Origin: a virus
IMG/VR virus record: IMGVR_UViG_3300030493_000405
DNA length: 32,287 bases
Direction: 5' to 3' (one strand)
The notes beneath the pieces were generated by a model. The model made no database searches, was not told where the DNA came from, and saw only the letters and a list, made by a program, of their open reading frames with translations. Positions 27,330-32,287 of the stretch are shown piece by piece. The first letter of the stretch is position 1; the number at the start of each line of letters is the position of its first letter. The position numbers were made by a program, and so were the translations under genes.

Positions 27330-28221
27330 GCAAGACCTGACCAGGACGCATTGGAACGAGATCTCTTTCGTTCCCCGAGGTGCGAACAATAAGATTTATT
27401 TAATATTCAAAGGAGCTGATGAAATGGGACTCGAAGAAGATATCTTGAGGGCCATCCTGGGCACACCCCTAGACAAGGAAGACCAGGTAGATGGCGTCCT
27501 CAAGGAGCACAAGATAGAGGGCGATGCCGCCGCTGTGCTCAAGGCCGTAGTTAAGCTGACCAAGGCATTTGAGGATGTCCTTCCAAAGGATGTGCCAAGT
27601 GTCATAGCCAAGTGTGCCGGTTATCCGGCCCCGGTGCCAGAGAAGAAGGATGAAACGAATGAGGAGGCTGGGACTGGCAAGAAACCTCTGTACGGCTACC
27701 CTATCAAGAAGTCTGTGGATGGTGAGTATGACCTCTCAGACGTGCCGCCTGAGATGCAGCCCATCATAAAGGAGCTTTGGACTGAGAGAGAGGCGCGTCA
27801 GATAGAGAAGGAAGAGCGCCAGAAGCTCCAGGACGCTGCAATAACCAAGGAGCTGGAAGAAGAGATCACCAAGGAACTGAGCATGCTGCCTGTTGAGACC
27901 AGGCCCTTTGCCCAGGTTCTCAAGCAGTTCAAGGAACTTGACCCCGACGGCTACAAGGCAATCATGCCAGTCCTCAAGGCCGCCAGCAAGGGACTGGCCA
28001 AGAGTGAGCTATTCAAGACCCATGGCAGGGCCGGTGCTGGTAGCATGACGGGCAGTGCCTGGGATCGGCTCGTAGGCATTGCCAAGGGCATGGTAGCCAA
28101 GGGAGCTGAGGATATGACCCTTGAAGAGGCCATCAACAAGGCCATGGACGAGCATCCGGAGCTGGTTGAACAATACGAGGCCGAGCATGCCGCCCAGGTC
28201 CGGGCAGTGGGGATGGTCTAG
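27322..28221 (+). CDS. Capsid scaffolding protein (start TTG 27322 or GTG 27301)
   Basis: Lies between the protease and capsid genes; helical and charged; N-terminal EISFVPRGAN motif; C-terminal TLEEAINKAMDEHPELVEQY capsid-binding-like helix. Confidence 0.72.
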   Translation: MPKQDLTRTHWNEISFVPRGANNKIYLIFKGADEMGLEEDILRAILGTPLDKEDQVDGVLKEHKIEGDAAAVLKAVVKLTKAFEDVLPKDVPSVIAKCAGYPAPVPEKKDETNEEAGTGKKPLYGYPIKKSVDGEYDLSDVPPEMQPIIKELWTEREARQIEKEERQKLQDAAITKELEEEITKELSMLPVETRPFAQVLKQFKELDPDGYKAIMPVLKAASKGLAKSELFKTHGRAGAGSMTGSAWDRLVGIAKGMVAKGAEDMTLEEAINKAMDEHPELVEQYEAEHAAQVRAVGMV

Positions 28222-28959
28222 ATGGCCACTGAAAAGCCTGTCCAGACACTCTCTGGCCTCGCTGGTGAGGACCTCTCTTCCAAGCAGTCCCTGGCCATGA
28301 AGTACAATTCATCTGGTAATATCGTGGTCTGCGGTGCAGGAGAGACCAGCATAGGCATACTCCAGGAGCCTGATGTGGAGGGCAGGGTCGTCAGCGTAAT
28401 GGTCCTTGGAGAGAGCCCGGCTATATACGGCGGGTCTGTGACCGCTGGGGTGAACCTGGCCGTTGGCTCTGGCGGGAAGCTGGTAACTGCTGCTGCCGGT
28501 GATTCTGTCGTGGCATATGCCAAAGAGTCTGGCAACCTCAATGAGCAGCACACCGTTATGCTCTTGCCCCGTCTCTATAGCGGTGCCAGGGGCGAGACCA
28601 TACTTCAGTTCCACCTCAAGAATACCAGCATTGCAGATGGTGACCTGCTCACGGATATCATCCTGGGGTTTGCTGGCACTATCAAGAAGTTCATGGCCAT
28701 GGTCAATGATCCAGTCACGACCGCGGCCAAGGCCTCGACTCTCCACGTTGAGATCGAGGACACTCCTCTGACTGGCGGAGTTCTGAGCCTGGCCAGTGCA
28801 GGCATGACCCCACTTGGCAAGGTGATCAATGCCACTGCAATCACTGCGGCCAACGTTTTCACTGCCACTCAGAAGATCAGCATAGTGGCGGCTTCTACCA
28901 CTGCTTTCATCGAGGGAGAGACCACCCTCACTATGGTCATTGAGCCCGCGGTGGCTTGA
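28222..28959 (+). CDS. Capsid cement/decoration protein (DUF2190-like) with an extra C-terminal beta domain
   Basis: GAGETSIGILQEP..VSVMVLG..GGSVTAG..GSGGKLVTAAAGDSVVAYA.E pattern; position just before the MCP. Confidence 0.72.
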   Translation: MATEKPVQTLSGLAGEDLSSKQSLAMKYNSSGNIVVCGAGETSIGILQEPDVEGRVVSVMVLGESPAIYGGSVTAGVNLAVGSGGKLVTAAAGDSVVAYAKESGNLNEQHTVMLLPRLYSGARGETILQFHLKNTSIADGDLLTDIILGFAGTIKKFMAMVNDPVTTAAKASTLHVEIEDTPLTGGVLSLASAGMTPLGKVINATAITAANVFTATQKISIVAASTTAFIEGETTLTMVIEPAVA

Positions 28960-28980
28960 ATTTGTAGGAGGTGAATAAAA

Positions 28981-29961
28981 ATGCCAAATCCAACAAGAGG
29001 CGACCTGTATGTTAATAAGCTGCTTGGCAACTTCGCCGTCGGCTGGGTCCAATCGCAGAATGTCTACATAGCAGGCAAGGTGTTCACAAACATACCTGTG
29101 GATGACAAGACCGGCAACTACGGCGAGTACAACCGTGCGGACTGGATGAGAGATGAGGCCGAAGAGAGGGCCCCAGGCAACGAGTCCGCTGGTGGTGGAT
29201 GGGATATAGACAACTCAGCAGAGTACATCTGCAGACGCATCTCATACCACTTCGATGTGGACAATGAGAAGCTTGCCTCCACTCAGAAGCCCTTCAACCT
29301 GAAGAAGGATGGCACAAGGTTCGTTTCCCAGAAGCTGCTCATCAACAGGGAGAGGAAGTTTGCCAACAGGTACTTCGGCGCCAGCAAAGGCTGGAACGAT
29401 AGGGCTGGAGTGGCTGGGACACCCAGCACGAACCAGTTCAAGCAGTTCAACAAGGACGGCAGCAAGCCAGCAGATACCATAATGGCCTACATAGATGAGA
29501 TCGCTGGCTATGGTTTCAAGCCTAATAAGATAACCTCCTCGCCAGACGTGTACCGTTGCCTCTGCAACCATTCTGACGTCCTGAGCAGGATCCAGTACAG
29601 CCAGAAAGGCATCGTCACTGCTGACCTGCTGGCAGAGCTCTTTGGGGTTGAAGAGTTCCTGGTCGCCAGGGCCGTAGCCAATACGGCGCCCAAGGGAGCT
29701 GCAGAGAATACAAACTTCATCTTCCAGAATGGTCTCTTGATCACCTACTCGGACCCGAACCCAACGATTGAGTCACCTACAGCCGGGGCGACATTCTCCT
29801 GGCGGGCCTATGCAGGGGCCTCTGACCTGGGATCCAGGATAAAGGAGTTCCCAATCGATGAGAAGGACTGCGTGAGGATCGAGGGCGATATGGCCTCGGA
29901 CCAGAAGATGGTCTCAGGCATCCTCGGGACATTCATGGCCGGTGTGCTTGCCGCGGCATAA
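28981..29961 (+). CDS. Major capsid protein (HK97 fold, lambda gpE-like family)
   Basis: 326 aa; strong GGAGGTGA RBS; YIAGKVF..IPV, EERAPG, FKPNKI, L.NHSDVLSRIQYSQKGIVT.DLLAELFGV. Confidence 0.92.
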   Translation: MPNPTRGDLYVNKLLGNFAVGWVQSQNVYIAGKVFTNIPVDDKTGNYGEYNRADWMRDEAEERAPGNESAGGGWDIDNSAEYICRRISYHFDVDNEKLASTQKPFNLKKDGTRFVSQKLLINRERKFANRYFGASKGWNDRAGVAGTPSTNQFKQFNKDGSKPADTIMAYIDEIAGYGFKPNKITSSPDVYRCLCNHSDVLSRIQYSQKGIVTADLLAELFGVEEFLVARAVANTAPKGAAENTNFIFQNGLLITYSDPNPTIESPTAGATFSWRAYAGASDLGSRIKEFPIDEKDCVRIEGDMASDQKMVSGILGTFMAGVLAAA

Positions 29962-29976
29962 GGCAAGCCCATCACC

Positions 29977-29987
29977 TTTTTTCTTTT
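29977..29987 (+). terminator. Oligo-T tract after the MCP gene (archaeal-type terminator candidate)
   Basis: TTTTTTCTTTT 16 nt after the MCP stop. Confidence 0.35.
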
Positions 29988-29996
29988 GAGGTTATT

Positions 29997-30413
29997 ATGG
30001 CCTGGACCTTTACGGATGATCCTGAGCACGTCCCCCGGGATGCTGTCAGGGTGCTATGTGGAGATGCAGATGAGAACAACCAAAAACTCTCTGATAACCA
30101 GATTGCCTTCTTCATTTCTCAGAACGAGGATAATAATGTAGCTGCAGCTGCAGATGCTGCTGAGGCAATAGCCGCTCACTACGCGGATATGGCGGCCGTC
30201 CACACGGGAGACTTGGGCGAGAACCTGACTTCAAAGCATGATGCCTATCTGAAGATAGCTGCCAGGCTCAGAGCCAGGTCTGAAGATGATGGCCCGGATG
30301 ATACCGATATACCAGCTCCTTTTGCTGGTGGTGTGAGCCGGGAACCAATGTTCTATCGTGGCGTGGGCTATCGTACAAGAGACACCACCGATTACTCGAC
30401 CGATACCTCATGA
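29997..30413 (+). CDS. Head-tail adaptor/connector protein
   Basis: Follows the MCP; WTF..DP..RDAVRVLCGD..LSDNQI.FFI..AAA.AAEAIAA helical adaptor pattern. Confidence 0.75.
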   Translation: MAWTFTDDPEHVPRDAVRVLCGDADENNQKLSDNQIAFFISQNEDNNVAAAADAAEAIAAHYADMAAVHTGDLGENLTSKHDAYLKIAARLRARSEDDGPDDTDIPAPFAGGVSREPMFYRGVGYRTRDTTDYSTDTS

Positions 30414-30424
30414 GGTGGTGGTGA

Positions 30425-32287
30425 GTGTCATTTCGCTATGTGGATGCAATTCTTCAGGCTCTCCATAACAATGCAGCCCTGCACGACCTTGTAGATGGCA
30501 ACCTGTTCAAGTTCAAGTCCCTGGAAGAGAGCGAGACCGGCCTTGGCAAGAGCACTCATAAAAGCCTGATCTCTGTAGAGCTGAGATCCTGGCCAGGATC
30601 GAAAGAGGTCACCGAGCCCGTCCCAGTAATCGATATCAGGTGCAGGAACGGGGCGGAATACTGCCTTGAGATCGCCAAAGCTGTCAAGGACATTATAGAC
30701 GATGGCATAAGTGAAGTCATTGACGGAGTCGCCTATGTTATCTCAGTCTCCAGCCTGGATGGTGATCTGACCTGGGACAAGACCTTACTGGCCTGGCGAC
30801 TTATCTACGTGGTCAAGGGTATAATCTACAATCCAGCCACCGTAATGAGCCTCACGCCCAGCCTTGCGAGCCCACAGAAGCCAGATAATAAGGTTATATG
30901 GTTCTGTGCCTGCCCTGAAGCTACTACCCAGGAGATCCAATACAGGTTCTCACTAAACGGCCCAAGGACCGGCAGCATCTGGCAAGATATGACCAGCTGG
31001 ACCCCTCAAGCATACTGGCTCTGGGTCATCTCCGCCTCAGACATCGGCTCCAGCCAGGTCAAGGTCGAGGTCAGGAACGCTCAGGGCCTCCCCTCGGCTG
31101 ATGCCAGCTCTACAGCCAGCTATACAATCCTGGCTAATGCCCTGCCTGTCCTGTCATCACTTACTCCAAACCTGGCTAGCCCCCAGGCCCCAAAGGTCAG
31201 CGTATCATTTACGGCCGAGGCATCAGATGCAGAAGGCGATTGGATACTTTATCGCTTCTGGCTTAATGGCCCAGGGACCGGGAACGTATGGCAGGATCAA
31301 ACAGGCTGGCAGACAGAGAATAGATGGGTCTGGAATCCCAGAGCTGAAGATGTAGGGACCAGCCAGGTCAAAGTCGATATCATAGACCAGATGCATGCGG
31401 GCAGATCTGGCTATGACGCAGCCGAAACAATCAGCTTCGTGATTCTAGATAATGATGCGCCAACAATTGAAAACATAGTTGCAGCACCTACAGACACGCC
31501 AGCGCCAGGATCGCCAATAGATATCATCTGCATAACCAGCGTTGTAGAGACTGATGAGATCCTGTATAAGTTCATCCTGACAGGACCAGGGACGCTCTCA
31601 GAGAGCGCAGATAAGACCGGGTGGCAGAATAAGAACTCATGGACTTGGACGCCCACAGTGGACGATATAGGAGCTAACACCGTTGGCGTGATGGTCAGAG
31701 ACGGCAAACATGCCGGGCCTGGCGGCTATGATGGTTATAGCTCGGTCGCTGTCACTGTCAGCCTACCATCTGCGCCTGTACTCAGTAGTGTTGCATTCAG
31801 CCCTGGGAGCCCCCAGTTTGTAGGCAAGACCATTGAGATGATCGCCACAGTCCAGGATGCCACAAATGAGGTGCTTTATAAGGTCAAGGATATGCACTTC
31901 ACAGCCCCGGCAGAAATCACAAGCCCATATCAGGCGGTTGATCTCATAACTATCCTGCCTAGTGGCCTTGGCTTTGGGCGCTTTGCTGATGGGTCCATGG
32001 CCAGAACCCAGACATCTGGTGTATATTGGGACGTGTTAGACGGCCCAGAGTTTGATTATATTCAGGACATCGCAGTGTTTCCAAATGGGGTGGTCATTGT
32101 ATCTGGCGCCCATAACGACGATAATAGGCCCCACATATCCAGATCAACAGATGAAGGCGGCAGTTTCGACCTCGTTTATACCTATCCGGGTGATGCTGAG
32201 GCTATTTGCGGCCTGGAGGTCCACTCTTCAGGCGTGGCCCTGGCATTCACAGAGTATGACGGCAAGGTACTGAGAGCGCCTGACTTT
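30425..32287 (+). CDS. Partial (>621 aa) virion protein: tail-terminator-like N-domain, three to four Ig-like repeats and an Asp-box beta-propeller; not in the ORF track
   Basis: Translated by hand from GTG 30425 (GAGGTG RBS) with no stop to the window end. Repeats read SPQ..YRF.LNGP.TG..W.D.TGW..W.W..D.G..V.V; ISRSTDEGGSF is an Asp-box. Confidence 0.85.
   Translation, partial: MSFRYVDAILQALHNNAALHDLVDGNLFKFKSLEESETGLGKSTHKSLISVELRSWPGSKEVTEPVPVIDIRCRNGAEYCLEIAKAVKDIIDDGISEVIDGVAYVISVSSLDGDLTWDKTLLAWRLIYVVKGIIYNPATVMSLTPSLASPQKPDNKVIWFCACPEATTQEIQYRFSLNGPRTGSIWQDMTSWTPQAYWLWVISASDIGSSQVKVEVRNAQGLPSADASSTASYTILANALPVLSSLTPNLASPQAPKVSVSFTAEASDAEGDWILYRFWLNGPGTGNVWQDQTGWQTENRWVWNPRAEDVGTSQVKVDIIDQMHAGRSGYDAAETISFVILDNDAPTIENIVAAPTDTPAPGSPIDIICITSVVETDEILYKFILTGPGTLSESADKTGWQNKNSWTWTPTVDDIGANTVGVMVRDGKHAGPGGYDGYSSVAVTVSLPSAPVLSSVAFSPGSPQFVGKTIEMIATVQDATNEVLYKVKDMHFTAPAEITSPYQAVDLITILPSGLGFGRFADGSMARTQTSGVYWDVLDGPEFDYIQDIAVFPNGVVIVSGAHNDDNRPHISRSTDEGGSFDLVYTYPGDAEAICGLEVHSSGVALAFTEYDGKVLRAPDF

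Larger units (their letters stand above)
20034..32287 (+). mobile_element. Head-tail archaeal virus (Caudoviricetes) packaging and head module, continuing beyond the window
   Basis: Canonical order TerS-TerL-portal-protease-scaffold-cement-MCP-adaptor-tail completion. Confidence 0.92.

Noticed and set aside
30840-31890. Diversity-generating retroelement template/variable repeats
   Set aside because: The repeats are diverged protein-level domains, not adenine-specific variants, and no reverse transcriptase is in the window.

Overview
Archaeal mobile DNA, most consistent with a Methanothrix/Methanosarcinales-type host. The evidence is an MC1 chromatin protein, GGAGG/GGTGA ribosome-binding sites, frequent TTG/GTG starts and Ig-like repeats of a type I associate with Methanothrix surface proteins. 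The host was not confirmed by any search. The window has three blocks. (1) About 1-16.2 kb is plasmid-like: a hairpin-dense leader, SWIM-finger and ArdC genes, 40-bp phased repeats, four paralogous winged-helix-like genes with palindrome arrays flanking parA and a small partner gene, small Zn-ribbon/ASCH genes, a RelBE-like pair and a 189-aa tyrosine recombinase. (2) About 16.4-19.5 kb holds host-like genes: MC1, wHTH regulators and a secreted C45 Ntn-hydrolase. (3) About 20 kb to the end is a co-directional head-tail virus packaging/head operon: holin-like ORF, probable TerS, TerL, portal, maturation protease, scaffold, cement protein, major capsid protein, adaptor and a long ORF absent from the ORF track that runs off the window. 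Whether this is one phage-plasmid or adjacent elements cannot be decided here. The standout feature is the 787-aa maturation protease, which is fused to a divergent uracil-DNA-glycosylase fold and a LigD-type 3'-phosphoesterase domain. No rRNA, tRNA or CRISPR array was found. All protein calls come from motif recognition by eye, with no database search.
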